Translations under genes and position numbers: made by a program
Shown: piece by piece, positions 13,289 through 33,626 of the stretch
Layout: each line of letters opens with the position of its first letter
Position numbering within the stretch: position 1 is the first letter of the stretch
NCBI RefSeq assembly: GCF_009914755.1
Contig: NC_060947.1
Direction: 5' to 3' (one strand)
DNA length: 64,000 nucleotides
Source: the human T2T-CHM13v2.0 reference genome, Homo sapiens
The notes under the pieces: model-generated
What the model saw: only the letters and a program-made list of their open reading frames with translations
Database searches by the model: none
What the model was told of the DNA's origin: nothing

Positions 13289-13886
13289 TGTATTAGGACT
13301 CTCTAGAGAAATAGAACCAATAGGGGAATATATGTGTGTATACATACATATATATACACACATATATATATACACATATATATACATATATACACATATA
13401 TACACATATATATACACATATATATATGTGTATATATGTGTATATATGTATATATATATATATAGAGAAAGAGAGAGAGAAGAGAGAGAGAGAGATTCAT
13501 TTTTAAGGAGTTGGCTCACATAATGGGAACTGACAAGCCTGAAATTTTTAGGGCATGCTGGCAGGCTGAAAAGTTAGGTAAGAGTTGATGTTGTGATCTT
13601 GATTCTGAAATCCGTAGGGCATGTTGCAGGCTAGAAAGTCAAGTAGGATTTCTATGTCTTGAGGCAGAAGTCCTTCTTCTCCAGGAAGCCTCAAGTTTTG
13701 CTCTTAAGGTCTTCAGCTGATTTGGTGAGACCTATCCAGACAATGAAAAACAATCCATTGTGTCAATAGATTATAAATGTGAATCACATCTACAAAATGC
13801 CTTCACAGAAACATCTAGACTAGTTTTTAAACAAACAACTGGACATCACAACCTAGCCAACTTTACACATAGTATTAACCATCACA
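13289..13886 (-). mobile_element. MLT2-family LTR (3' LTR of the adjacent ERVL)
   Basis: TGTATTAGGACTCTCTAGAGAAATAGAACCAATAGG...TTAACCATCACA; directly abuts ERVL internal sequence. Confidence 0.85.
13329..13495. repeat. Compound (TA)n/(TATACACA)n/(TG)n/(GA)n microsatellite within the MLT2 LTR
   Basis: Seen directly in the sequence. Confidence 0.95.
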
Positions 13887-15873
13887 GTCTACCTTGGCAC
13901 CCATACACATCTCCTTAAACCATACGTAATCTCTAAATATAGACAATAACAAAGCAATACCTCCACTTATCATGATACAGATATCCTGTGTTCAACTGAA
14001 AATGCACCAACCTTTTCCCCAGAAGAGGACGCAAAGTCCTTGGGCAATGTTTACACTTCTCCTTGATATCCTGTAACTTAAATGCTATGATGTAAAGCTA
14101 ATACATATTTTGTTATATGACAAGGGAATAAGATATTTGCTATATACACACACAAAGATGTTTGCTATATACACACAAACAAACATAATGAAATAAGGAA
14201 AAAATACACATGACAATTACAGTCCTCATTTCTACAATTGGTTATGTGGTCATAGCTGGTTTTTATAACTATTTTCTTTCACTATCCATTCCATATTCCC
14301 TCTGCTCTCAGCAAGTACTCCAGCTGGTCATGGTTCTTTGCTAGGTCAGGTGACCTACACCTTCATTCCTGAAGAGTTTGGGTCTTTATTAGTCCTGCTT
14401 GAATTGAGTGATTGTAGCTTTCCATTGACTTTAATCACAGGGCATGGAAACACTAAGGGGTATTAGTACCAGTACTAATACTAGTGGATATTAGTACTAG
14501 TATTAGTACTAAGGGATACTAGTGCATGGTAGCACTAAGCCCTAAGGGATATCCTATATTCCAGACAAGCTGTTCCTTACTTCCATTGTGGAATAGACTC
14601 ACATTTCCCCCTTGTTAATCAAGACCAATAACCCCAGCTAGTACAGCAAATCTGTTCATTGCCTGTTTATTCATAGGCATGAGAAGCCCAAAGTGGCCTG
14701 GTGGCAGTCTTAACTTCAATGGAATCATTGTTGAGTTTCCTACTGGAAGCATTTCTCCCTTTGAAACTAAGATCTTCAGACCAGCAGAGCATAAGATCAT
14801 GGAGGCAGGAAGCAAAAATTTTGGTAGTGAAACACTAGGGGTGATAGAGAGTGATGCCACTCCCATTTCCACCCCTTGATTCCTGGGCCCATGAAACCTG
14901 GCTATGAAAAAAATAGCACCATATATTGGATTGCTGATGTAGATCACATAAAACTTCCTGGAGAACATTACTCCTATAGAGAGTTGCCTGTAAGAAATTG
15001 TTACCTACCTCATGCTGTAACTGAGTCTTCAAAAGGCCATTCTGTTAAGTCAGCTGCTTCAGGATAATAGGGAACATGGTTTAATACCAGTAATTCCATG
15101 ACCATGCACCTATTGTTGCACTTCACTTGCTGTGAAGTAAGTTTCTTACGAGAAGCAACGCTGTGTGGAATACCATATAGTGAATAAAGTATTCTGTACA
15201 TCCATGGATGACAGTTTTGGCAGAAGCATTGCAACCAGGGAAGGCAAATCCATATCCAGAGTGTCTGTTCCAATAAGAAAAAAATGATGCCCCTTCCATG
15301 ATGGTAGTGGTCCAACATAATCAACCTGCCTCCAGGTAGCTAGTTAATTTCCCTGGGGAATGTTTCCATAATGGAGGACTCAGTTTTGGTCTTTAATGCT
15401 AGCAGGGTTAATCTCCTTAGACAGGGATGGAAGGGCTGTCTTTACTGGCAAAGAAGAATCAGTTGAATTTAGGGGTTTAAATTCCTTAACGAAGGTCCCC
15501 AGCTTCATCAGGATCTACCCATATGTTCTCATTTAAACTTTCAGAATCCAATTCCCTCCTAATCAATGCTCTCACTTTAACATCAGACACCCTGAGAGTT
15601 GGGAATTCAATTTACATTGTAATTCAGCCACTTGCAGACATAGAAACTTCCAGGTCATTTATACAGTACTTGTGTTGGGAATTTGAAGCCCTGAGCTCAT
15701 CCCTTTCTTCTGCAACTTTATCCAGCACGATTAACAGCAACCAACTAATCTCATCTTACTTGTTAGTTTGACAAAAAATGTCCTCAGGTATAAAATACAT
15801 GTTTGGTCACTCAGAACCTTGACTCTTCCAAGTATGTGATTAGGAGTATCCAGTGATGATATTTTGTGTATTT

Positions 15874-15935
15874 TTTTCTTTTCTGTTTTCTTTTCTCCTC
15901 CCTTCCTTCCTCCCTTTCTTTCTTTCCTTTCCTTT

Positions 15936-15991
<56 letters not shown>

Positions 15992-16192
15992 TCCTTCTTT
16001 CTTTCTTTCTTTCTTTCTTTTTCTTTCTTTCCCTCCCTCCCTCCCTCCCTCTCTTCCTTCCTTCCTTCCTTCCTTCCTTCCTTCCTTCCTTCCTCCCTCC
16101 CTCCCTCCCTCCCTCCCTCTCTCTCTTTCTTTCTCTCTCTCTTTCCCTCTTTATCTCTTTATCTCTTTCTCTCTTTCTCTCTTTATTTCTTT
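15874..16192. repeat. Long polypyrimidine compound microsatellite (TTTC)n/(CCTT)n/(CCCT)n forming an Alu tail
   Basis: About 320 bp of almost pure pyrimidines, inside the Alu TSD. Confidence 0.95.
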
Positions 16193-16475
16193 GACAAAGT
16201 CTCACTCTGTTGCCCAGGGTGGAGTGTAGTGGTGCAATCTTGGCTCACTGCTACCTCCGCCTCCTAGGTTCAAGAGATTCTCGTGCCTCAGCTTCCTGAG
16301 CAGCTGGGATTACAGCCAGCTGCCACCACACCCAGCTAATTTTTTTGGTATTTTTAGTAGAGATGGGGTTTTGCTATGTTGGTCAATCTGGTCTTGAACT
16401 CCTGGCCTCAAGTGATTCTCCCACCTTAGCCTCCCAGAGTCTTGGGATTACAGGCGTGAGCCACTGTGCATGGCC
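16193..16475 (-). mobile_element. Alu inserted in ERVL gag
   Basis: TSD ATATTTTGTGTATTT (15859-15873)/ATGTTTTGTGTATTT (16476-16490) encloses the Alu and its microsatellite tail. Confidence 0.93.
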
Positions 16476-17214
16476 ATGTTTTGTGTATTTCTACTGCCTC
16501 ATCATGCCATTGACTATCCGTGTTCTCTTTACCACTGGAAACAGAGTTATTAGTATCTTTAAATCTAATCAGATTAGAGAACTAATTCTAAAACCACAGA
16601 ATTCACAGTTAAGATTCTTTATAGAAATAATATAAAAATAAAAAGTACAGAGAATTAGAACAGTGCAGTAAGGATGATTTAAGTTTAAAATTTTAAATTA
16701 ACGCTGTTTGTTGAGATAACAGTTATATTTTAAATTAGAAGTATGGGCCAGATGATGGGACATAGCTTCTCGGAAAAAAATATATCCACATTCTTATTTG
16801 CAAAATCAGAAAGCTCATTTATCTTTCTGAATCACTTGTCAAGGATAAATTGGCAAGTCAATACTTGAAAAAAAATTTGGTTGTCATCAGAGCAGAAAAT
16901 GAAGAGTCATTCCATGTCTAATTAATAACTTTATAAACAGCGGATTTCTAAAAAGTGGGCCCCTCTTTTCTCCCCACTAACATTATAAAATTATAAGTGT
17001 ATCTTAATTGGAAGAAACATTCTTCAATAAACAAAGTAAGGCATTGTTATCAATAAAATAATAAAAATTGGGGCCTGATCCACAAAATGTCTTTTTCTCT
17101 TATTACCCCCTAGCTAAAGAACGTTCAATTCCTCAACTGTAGTTATATCTGCATCCAAATCTCTAACAAATGTGTCGTGTTATTAGAGCTTCAGTTGTAT
17201 TATAATACGGTAAT

Positions 17215-17650
17215 TTTGGAGTCCTAATAAAGGAAAAGGAGTCAGGCTGGCGGGAGCAGGAGAAAGCAAGAAGAGAAAGCAGATAATCTATAAGCCTGTC
17301 TTTCTTCATGGTCCAGGACACACACCCCTCCTGCGCAGATAACTCACAATCTTCTTGTGTCCAGCTATTACCAAACCCTCGTCTGATAGAAAAATGCAAG
17401 TTAGCTCACTGCAGCCTTGGCATTATCAGTACTGCACGCAGCCCTCTCCAGCACAAGCACCGTCCTAAAAAATCGCCAGCAAGCCTTTGTCTTTTTGCAG
17501 TCAGCTCCTCTCTTCCTGATTTGCTTGTTGCTTTCTTGCAGCATATTTTCATACTTTCTCTAATAAATTTACCTTTATTTACCTACAACTGTCTTCATAA
17601 ATTCTTTTTACTGCTCATGCCACCAGCCTGGATAGTTGATACCCGTGGCA
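17215..17650 (+). mobile_element. ERV1 solo LTR (MER83-like)
   Basis: GGAGTCCTAAT..GGAAAAGGAGTCAGGCTGGCGGGA start; AATAAA near 17562; ends in CA; direct repeat GTAAT at 17210-17214 and 17651-17655. Confidence 0.75.
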
Positions 17651-17972
17651 GTAATCTTGTATTTGACTAATTGGTTTTGGTCAAGGCTTCACATAAAAAA
17701 TTATTTCTTCACTTAATTTTCTTTCACTTTTAACACAAGTTAGAAATTACATCTTTACCTAAATGAGTGATTCATATTCAAAGGCAACCTAATATGTAGT
17801 GTCTGTTTTACTGAATGTTGAGATTTAAACAATGAGGCTTCTGTTCAGTAAGTTGTATTCTGATTTAGAAATTTTACATATATTTGAAAGGAAAATATGG
17901 GCTAAATAAATAATATTGCTGTGGAAATTATCTATTTAGATTTAGAATAACTGTACCAACAATAGTTATTAC

Positions 17973-18208
<236 letters not shown>

Positions 18209-18329
18209 TGATTATTACATTTACTTTTGTATTTTGAAGTACACTGAGATAGTTGAAAAGTAACAGACCTTTTAAGACAGTATCAAAGATGTGAAACAAA
18301 AAACAAACACCTCATCAGAAGTACAGAAG

Positions 18330-19610
18330 AACCTAATGGATATGACTGAAGGTGGAATTTGTTATTTGGGAGATTTAATCATGGAATTCTTCCTAAATTA
18401 AAAAGAGATGGAAATTATAAAAGAAAGATTGAGTGACATAGAAATTAAATCCAGTAGATCTAATATCTACTCAAGGTTTGTAAAAAAAAACAAACAAAGA
18501 AATAATAGAAAGAAATTTCCTGAAAGTCTGGGTCCTCTAGATTTAAATGCCCCACCAAATGCTGAGTAAGAAAAATTTCAGAGCACACATAAGAATAGTT
18601 AGACAGATCTTAAGCACATAAAACATATAAAATCCTACATGCTTCCAGAGGGAGAAAAAAGGTAATTTTTAAAGAGAAAATTAAAATGTAATTGGATTTT
18701 TTTACCCAAAAAAGTTTATGTTAGAATGTAATGGAGCAATGTCTCTAAAATTCTGAAGGAAAAAGATCATGAACCTAGAAGTCTGTACACAACCAATTAA
18801 TCATTTGTAGTAGTAATATTCTGTAAAGTTTAATGCAATTGTTTGTAAAGAATTCCTAAAATTATAGTGACATACTATAATAACAGAGTAAAAAATAGAG
18901 AAATAAAACTGAAGTTCAAGGTAATGTGAACACATTTGGAAGCAGAGTTAGGATATAATTGAAAGCATATTAAAGGTCGTATCTTACTTGAGATTGAGTG
19001 CAGTTATAGATAGTGGTTAAATGGTGACATTAGTAGGAAATACATTTATATACATTTGGTAAAATTTTCACTTGTAGTCAATAGCAGACTAGCATTAAAA
19101 TGTAGAATTTTCAAGTGACTAGAGGGAAAAATTTGTCAGAAAAGAAAAACTAAAAGGAGCAATAAGAAATCATGATTAATAGAAAGCATAAATATAAGAT
19201 GGCAGGAATAAAACCAAAAAGAAGTAATCACAATTAGCATGGATGGTTAAATTCCCTTATTAAAATACAAGGATATCCAGGTTGGACTAAATAGCCAACA
19301 ATATAATCTTTTCAAGATACACATCAAAAACAAACACACAAAGATTGAAAATAAAAAGATTTAAAAAACCCAGGTAAATGTGAATTAAAAAATCAGAATT
19401 GCTAAGATTAATATCAGATAAGTTAAATTCGAAGCTTAGCTGGTAAGCTTTGAATATCAGAGCTTATCAGAGCTTAAAATAACTATCTTATTTTATATCT
19501 ATATATTTTATTTTATATTTATAAATGGTGTGATCCGCCAAGAATATACAAGAAACTTTATCAAACAGCATAGCATTGAAATATATAAATTAAAATTATT
19601 AGAAATATAG
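18330..19610 (+). mobile_element. Ancient L1M ORF1 / ORF2-start fragment
   Basis: A-rich; ORF2-start-like AAGATGGCAGGAATAAAACC...GTAATCACAAT...GGTTAAATTCCC near 19200. Confidence 0.55.
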
Positions 19611-19859
19611 CAGAAGCCCTATTATCCAATGAAATTTGGACTGGTAGCTCATCAGTTAATTGAAAAATAATTGAGACATTGGAGAAAATAATAAAATATA
19701 TATTAGGCATTTTAACTTAAAATACACAAATTCTCTTTCACTTGGCTGCCTTTGATATAGAACCAACAACTTAACTTTGAGTATAAATCTTCTGGTTAGA
19801 GTTTCACATCATTTTCCTTGTATAAGCCACATCCATGATGTATCAGCTATAATTTTCAG

Positions 19860-20720
19860 TTCTGTTAACTATAAGTACAATGTTTTATAGCAAATCTCCA
19901 AAACTTGTTTATCTTGTATCACTAAAATTTTATATCCATTGAACAGCAACTCCCCATTTCCCCCTACACCCAGCTCCTAGCAACCACCATTCTATTCTCT
20001 GTTTCTGAGTTTAACTATTTTAGATACCTCATATAAGTGGAATCCTACAGTATTTGCCCTTCTGTGACTGGCTTATTTCATTTAGCATGTCTTTCAGTTT
20101 CATCCATATTGTCACATAGGCACAAGGGCAGAATTTCTTTCTTTTTAAAGACTGAATAACACTCCATTATATGTATATTCCACATTTTCTTTCTCCATTC
20201 ATCTTCTGGTGGACATTTAGATTGTTTTCTATCTTGACTACTGTGAATAATGCTGCAATAAACATGAGACTGCAGATATCTCTCTGAGATTCTGATTTCA
20301 ATACTTCTAGATATATATACAGAAGTAGAATTGCTGGATCATATGGTAGTTCTATTTTAGTTTTTTGAGGAACCTCCATACTGATTTTCATAATGGCTGC
20401 ACCACTTTACATTCCCATCAACAGTGTGCAAGGGTTCCAGTTTCTCCACATCCTCATCAACACTGGTTATCTTTTTTTTTTGATAATAGACATTCTAACA
20501 GGTGTGAGGTGATATCTCATTGTGGTTTTGATTTGCATTTCCCTAATGATTAGTGATGTTGAGCATTTTTTTATATACCTGTTGGCCATTTGTATGTCTT
20601 TTTTGAAGAAATGTCCATTCAAGTCGTTTGCTTATTTTAAAATCAAGTTATTTGGTTTTCTCCTATTGAGTTTTAGAAGTTACTTATATATTTTGGAGAT
20701 TAACCCTTATCAGATATATG
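19860..20720 (-). mobile_element. L1MA/L1MB-like 3' end
   Basis: ORF 20167-20391 ([25 protein letters not shown]) plus an old 3'UTR. Confidence 0.8.
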
Positions 20721-23700
20721 CATGATGCTATTTTAAACAGAATTATTTTCCTAATTTTATTTTTTGATTGCTTGTGTATAGAATTATAACTGATTTTTGT
20801 ATATTAATTAATCTTGCATCCTGCAACCTTTCTTTAAAACTGTTCATATACAAGGTTATGTTATCTGCAAATAGACATCATATTTTTTCCTTTCCAATCA
20901 GGATGCATTTTATTTCTTTTTCTTATCCAATTACCCTGGCTAGGACCTCCACTAAAATGGTGAATAAAAGTGGTAAGAGCAGATATCCTTGTCTTGTTCC
21001 TGATTTTCACCATTGAATACGTTATCTGTGGGTTTTTCATAGACATCTTTTATCAAATGGAGGAAGTTCTCTTCCCTTCCTAGTTTATCAAGCATTTTTT
21101 ATTATGAGGAGTGTTTAATTTTGTCAAATGCTTTTTCTGTGTCTATTGAAATGATCATGTGTTATTTCTCCTTTACTTTTTAAATCTGGCATATTACGTT
21201 GATTGATTTTCAGATGTTAACCTGACTTTACATTCCTGGGGTAAATCCTTCTTGGTCGTGATGTATAATTATTTTTATGTGTGCAAGTATTGTGTTGAGA
21301 ATGTTTTTGTCTGTATTTATAAGTTATATTGGTTAGAGTGGTTTTCCTTTCCTGTGACGCCTTTATCTGATTTTGGTATCTGGGTAATACTGGCCTTACA
21401 GGATGAGTTTTGAAGTGTTCTCTTTAAGTTTTTGGAAGAATTTGTGAAATATTCATATTAATTTTTCTTTAAACATTTGGTAGCATTTACCAGTGAAGCC
21501 GTTTGGTCCTGGAATTTTCTTTATGAGGTTTTTTTTAAAAAAATTATTACTAATTAAATGTCTTTTTTTTTTTTTTTGAGATGGAGTTTCGCTTTTGTTG
21601 CCCAGGCTGATTGGAGTGCAATGATGAAGTCTTGGCTCACCACAGTCTCCACCTCCCGGGTTGAAGCGATCCTCCTTCCTCAGCCTCCCGAGTAGCTGGG
21701 ATTACAGATGCCTGCCACCATGCCTGGCTAATTTTCATATTTTTAGTAGAGACAGGGTTTCACCATATTGGCCAGGCTAGTCTCAAACTCCTGACCTCAG
21801 GTGATCTGCCCACCTCAGCCTCTCAAAGTGCTTGGATTACAGGCATGAGCCACTGTGCCCAGCCTAAATCTCTTTACTAAATTGGTCAATTTTTATTTTG
21901 TATTTCTTCTTTAGTCAGTTTTGGTAATTTTCAGTTTTAGGTATTTGTCCAATTTCATATATGATATCTAATTTGTTGGCATACGATTTTTCATAGTATT
22001 CCTTATAACACTTCATTTTGTAAGGCTGGTAGTAATTTCCCTGTTTCATTCTTTATCCTAGTAATTTGGGATCTCTCTCTTTTTCTTGGTCAATCTAGCC
22101 TAAGGTCTGTCAATTTTGTTGATCTTTTTAAAGAGCCAGACTTTGGTTCTATTGGTTTTCTCTATTATTTTTCTATTCTGTTTCATTTGTCTCCTCTCTA
22201 ATACTTCTTTCTGCTTGACTTAAGTTTATTTTTCTCTTCTTTTCACAGTATCTTTAGGTTAGGTTCTTGATTTGAGACCTTTTGGTATTTATAGCTATAT
22301 TTTTCTCTGTAAGCACTGTTTCAGCTGTACCTCATAAGTTTTGGTATGTTGTATCTTTGTTTTCATTCAGCTCAAAATATTTTCTAACTTATTTTGTTTG
22401 ACTCATTGGTGACATAGGCATATGTTTAATTTGCACATATGTGTGCATCAACCCCTATTTTTTGTTGTTGATTCTTAATTTCATTATGGTCAAAGAACAT
22501 TCTTCATATGATTTCAATCCTTTTAAATTTATTGAGACTCTTAAAATCTAATATGTGCTTTATCCTGAAGAATGTTCCATGTGTCCTTGAGAAGAATATG
22601 TATTTTTCTGTTGTTTAGTGAAGTGTTCTATAGATGTCTGCCACTTCTTGTTGATTTAAAGTGGTGTTGAAGTCTTATATTTCCTTGTTGATCTTTTATC
22701 TAGTTGTTCTATCCATTGTTAGAAGTGGAGTATTGAATTATTCAATTATTATTATTGAATTGTATATTTTTCCAATTCTGTCTACTTTTGCTTTATGTAT
22801 TTTGGGGATTTGTCATGAAGTACATATATGTTTATAATTGTTATATCTTTTTGACCTTTTCATCATTTTAAATTATCCTTCTTTGCCTCTAATAAAAATG
22901 CTTGTCTTAAGGTATAATTTTTCTGGTATTAGTAAAGCCCTCCAGGTCCCTTTTGGCAACTGTTTGCATGGTATATCTTTTTCTGTCCTACTTTCAACTT
23001 GTTTGTGTCTTTGAATCTGAAGTGTGTCTCTTATAGACAGCATATGGTTGGATCACACGTTTTAAATTAATTCTGTCAATCTCTGCCTTTACATTAGAGT
23101 GTTTAATCCATTTATATTAATGCAATTACTTATAGATTGGGATTCACATATGCCATTTTACTATTTGTTTTCTATATGTCTCATATCTTTTTTGTTCTAT
23201 TCTTCTATTACTGCTTCTTTTGTGTTAAATAGGAGTTTCCTAGTGTACCATTTTCATTCCTTTGCCATTCCATTTACTATATTTTAGAATTTATTTTCTT
23301 AGAGGTTGCCCTTGGAGTTACAATTAATATCTTAACATAAAAATCAAGTTCATATCAATGTCAACTTAATTTCAAATCTTTGCTCTTAATAACTTCATAA
23401 CCTCCTCACTCCTTTGCATCGTTATTGTCATACAAATTACATTTTTATACATTGTATGAACATCAACACAGATTTATACATATAGCTTTATAAAGTCTTG
23501 TAAGTTAGATAGGAGAAAAGACAGAATTATAACAAAATTCATTTATATTGTATTTTATATTTACCTATGTCATTGTTGTTGCATGTATTGGCAGAACAGC
23601 CAGGGAAGGAGACCATCAATAACAACCCTTCTGGGATCACATACAATTCGGGGAGTTAGGAAGGCTATGTACATATATGAAGCTACGTTCACTTAGGAGA

Positions 23701-24530
23701 AATCAGAGAAGGATGGAGCAGGCTTGAAAGAATTCCTCAAGCCACACACAGACCTATAAACATAGGGCAAAAGCACCAGTGGCACAGGGACTTAAACACA
23801 ACTTCTGAGCAAATACTGACTCAACCATAGGCTACTCTGACCCAGGGGCAAATCCTAGAAATCCAGGATGAAAAATAAAATCAGTATCATCCCTGGAAGT
23901 CTAGAAGAATGTGTGTATGTCCAAGGCTATGCCCTTGAAGGAGCAATCACAGAAGGATCCTCCAAGGTACTAGTGGCTGAATGAGGTGGTGGATAGGGGA
24001 CAAGGAAATATGTAAATTCACTGAACTATGAGAGCCATCTCCAAGCCATCCACATATCCAATGGCAAAGGATAAAAATCTAATTGGCTAAAGGATGCTTA
24101 AGCACAACCTTTAACTAATAAATAGCTTATGCCAAGCTACGGTCAAAACCTAAGTAGCCAGGCTAAAAGATAAAAATAAAGAAAAAATATCTGAGCAGGG
24201 ACACCAGAGTTGCACATGTTGGGGGAAATAGACTTCACAGAATTAGTTCAGCCAAGCCAACAAACAAACCCATGACCAAGCAAACAACAACAATCTCCAG
24301 GGTGTGGGCAGGTGGTTCAGTATTCAGGGTTTCTATAATATATTATCTAACATGTCCAGCTTTCAACAAAAAATTACAACACATGCAGCAACAACTACAT
24401 AGGTAAATACAAGACAATATAAATGAATTTTGTAATAACTCTGTTTTTTTCTCCTACTTACTTGACTTTATAAAGCAACATGTATAAATTTGTGTTGATG
24501 TTCATACATTGTATAAATATAAATTATTGT
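20721..24530 (-). mobile_element. Old L1M ORF2 5' half and inter-ORF region, with an inverted 5' segment (23591-24530)
   Basis: ORF2-like T-rich sequence; inverted arms at about 23444-23590 and 24377-24517. Confidence 0.7.
21566..21864 (-). mobile_element. Alu (AluS-like)
   Basis: TSD TAAATGTCTTT (21555-21565)/TAAATCTCTTT (21865-21875). Confidence 0.93.
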
Positions 24531-24794
24531 CTACCAAGATCTTCACTGTTTTAAAAAATGCCTGCAGGCATAGCTTTTTTTTTTCCCCCTTTTCCAAGTT
24601 AAGTCAGTACCCTCAAGCAGAGCTGCAGAGTCCTTTATCCTTATGTCCTGCCTTTCCTCCTGGGAAGAATCCCTGAACCACTGCACCAGAGCTGGAGCCA
24701 GGGACCTGCTTTTATCTGAGTGATGCCCCTGCTCTGTGAGATAGTTCTAGGAAGGGGTGGCAGCTCCTGGTCCTCTTGGATTGCCCATTTTGGA

Positions 24795-31555
<6,761 letters not shown>

Positions 31556-31559
31556 GCTG

Positions 31560-31997
31560 TTACGCTAGTTTCCTACTGCTATAACAAATTGTATAAAATG
31601 TTACCACACACTCAATTGCTTAAAACAAGACAAATTTATTATCATACAGTTCTAGAGGTCAGAAGACTAAAATGGGTTGAAAGGGCTGTGTTACCACTGG
31701 ATGCTCTAGTGGAGAATCTATTTCCTTGCATTGTCCAGCTTCTACAGGCGGCCTGAATTCCACTGTTTCACTGCCTGATTCTATTGTCACATCTTTTTCT
31801 GACTCATCTGCTTCCTTCCTTCCTTTACAAGGACGCTGTGATTACACTGGGCCCACCCAGATAGAACTGGATAATCTTCCTATCTCAATATTCTTAACAT
31901 AATCACATCTGCAAAGTCCCTTTTGCTATATGAGGTAACATATTCACAGGTTCCAATATGTAGACATCTTTGAGGAGCCATTATTCTTCCCACAACA
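31560..31997 (-). mobile_element. MaLR solo LTR (MLT1B/C-like)
   Basis: CAAATTTATTATCATACAGTTCTAGAGGTCAGAAG...CACATCTGCAAAGTCCCTTTTGC motifs. Confidence 0.78.
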
Positions 31998-32294
31998 ACA
32001 ATTGTCAAGGATTCAATAATTCTTATACAATTTAAAGTGTTCTAGAGCTTAGGAAAATGTAGAAATTTACCTAATTCTTTCTCTAAGGCTAACATAATGC
32101 TTATGTCCAAACAAAGAAGAATAGAAGTAAAAAAGTAAACATGAGAGGTCAGTCTAACTTAGAACTATAGATGTAAATATCCAAAATAGAATAGTAGTAA
32201 ATTCAAGCTAGTACTGTGGCAAAATAATAGAATAGTGCAAATAGTCATATTTTTATGTCTATGTTATCTTTGCTAGATTTTAGCATCGATATTA

Positions 32295-33626
32295 TGGAAG
32301 CTATGCCTGGACTCAACAACACGAACTTCTACTCACCAAGGCTGATCTTGTACTAATACTAAGTGCCCAACCTGACAACAGAGAAGATGATGAGCCTTTA
32401 TAAGACACCATTCCTTAGGGGCATCAGCCAGTCCCATGGTGTTAGGATTATTACATGGGACACCTTTCATCATCATGAAAACAGAAACTTTTCCTCATGG
32501 AAATGAATATGTATTTTAGACACACATTTACCTTCTTTGCTGACAATGATTCTGTCATCACCATCTCCATGGACTTCCAGAATGCCTTAATCATCATCAG
32601 AGTATCCTACACAAAGTTGTCTCTGACCAAGGAACTCATTTAATGGTAAGTGAAGTGCACATCCAAAGATTCACTAGTCTTTACTACTTACTTTACCATG
32701 CAGAAGCAGCTTGCCTTACACAAAAATAAATAACTTACTGGAAGCTTAGTTATGGGATCAGCTGTTCCTGGGAGTACTGTACGACAAGATTGCAATAGAT
32801 GCTTTAACAGAGCCACCCATATATGGTGCTTTTTTTCCCCATAGTGAGGTTACACAGGACTAGGAATAAAGAAGTCATGAAAGCAGTGGCCCTTTTCACT
32901 ATTGCACCAGTTAACCTACTGAAGAAGTATGTGATTCTTTTTTTCTGTCTCCACAACCTTGGGCTCTTAGGTATATCAGGGATGAATGCTTTCACCAGGG
33001 AATAAAGCCATGGTTCCATTATATTAAAAGCTGAGACTACATTCTGGCCATTTTTGTCCTCTCGTGCCACTGAACTGACAGGCAGGGAAAGGGGCTGCTA
33101 TAGTGGCTAGAGGGATTGAGCCCAATTACTAAGGGGAAATAAGGTTGCTGATATACAAACAGGGAGAGCAATGCTCAGAGCCCAGGGATACTCACTGGGG
33201 CACCTCCTAGTACTGCTTTGCCTAATAGTCCTGGGAAGTGGGAAAGTGCAGAAATTCAATAAATACAGGATTGAAGATTAGGGTCACTACATCAGGGAAA
33301 TAATTTTGACCAGGTTTCTGTAAGGGGAATATGAAATGGGTGGTAGAAGAATGAAGTTGATTATTGACTTTGGCCTCATGATCAGCTTCAGTGGGAAACT
33401 GTAACAGCTATGCACATCTTTGTTAATTTATTTTTCTCTTCCTTTCCTCTGATTATATGAAAAATACTTGAGATAATTGTTATAAATCAGGTTTCAGGTG
33501 GGCGAATATGATTGAATTAGCATTATCCCGTGACAGTACGGTGGCTGATGGGATTTTTTTTGTCCCTGCCTCCCTGTTGGGAGAATAGAATAACAAGAAT
33601 AGATGCTGAATGTGAAAGGAGTGGGC
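32295..33626 (+). mobile_element. ERVL internal 3' part (integrase, dUTPase, PPT)
   Basis: YAWTQQHELLLTKADL..CPT (IN zinc-finger region) near 32300; KLRLHSGHF..GEIRLLI (dUTPase-like) near 33030-33150; purine-rich tract just before the LTR. Confidence 0.75.

Larger units (their letters stand above)
13887..16620 (-). mobile_element. Internally deleted ERVL (HERVL-like) provirus: gag 5' part joined to integrase and dUTPase
   Basis: ORF 14615-14968 (RFHGPRNQGVEMG...KLRLPPGHFGLLMP, IN C-terminus/dUTPase); 15010-15324 integrase-like (YGIPHSVAS, YPEAADLTEW); 15480-16600 Fv1/ERVL gag-like (VKVRALI..IWVDPDEAGD). Confidence 0.82.

Noticed and set aside
13241-13523. Y/I-rich ORFs
   Set aside because: Translations of the (TA)n/(CA)n repeat in the MLT2 LTR.
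15840-16267. K/E/R-rich and F/L/S-rich ORFs
   Set aside because: Translations of the (TTTC)n/(CCTT)n microsatellite.
16620-17960. Possible old DNA transposon around the MER83-like LTR
   Set aside because: AT-rich; no terminal repeats or transposase motif that I can identify without a search.
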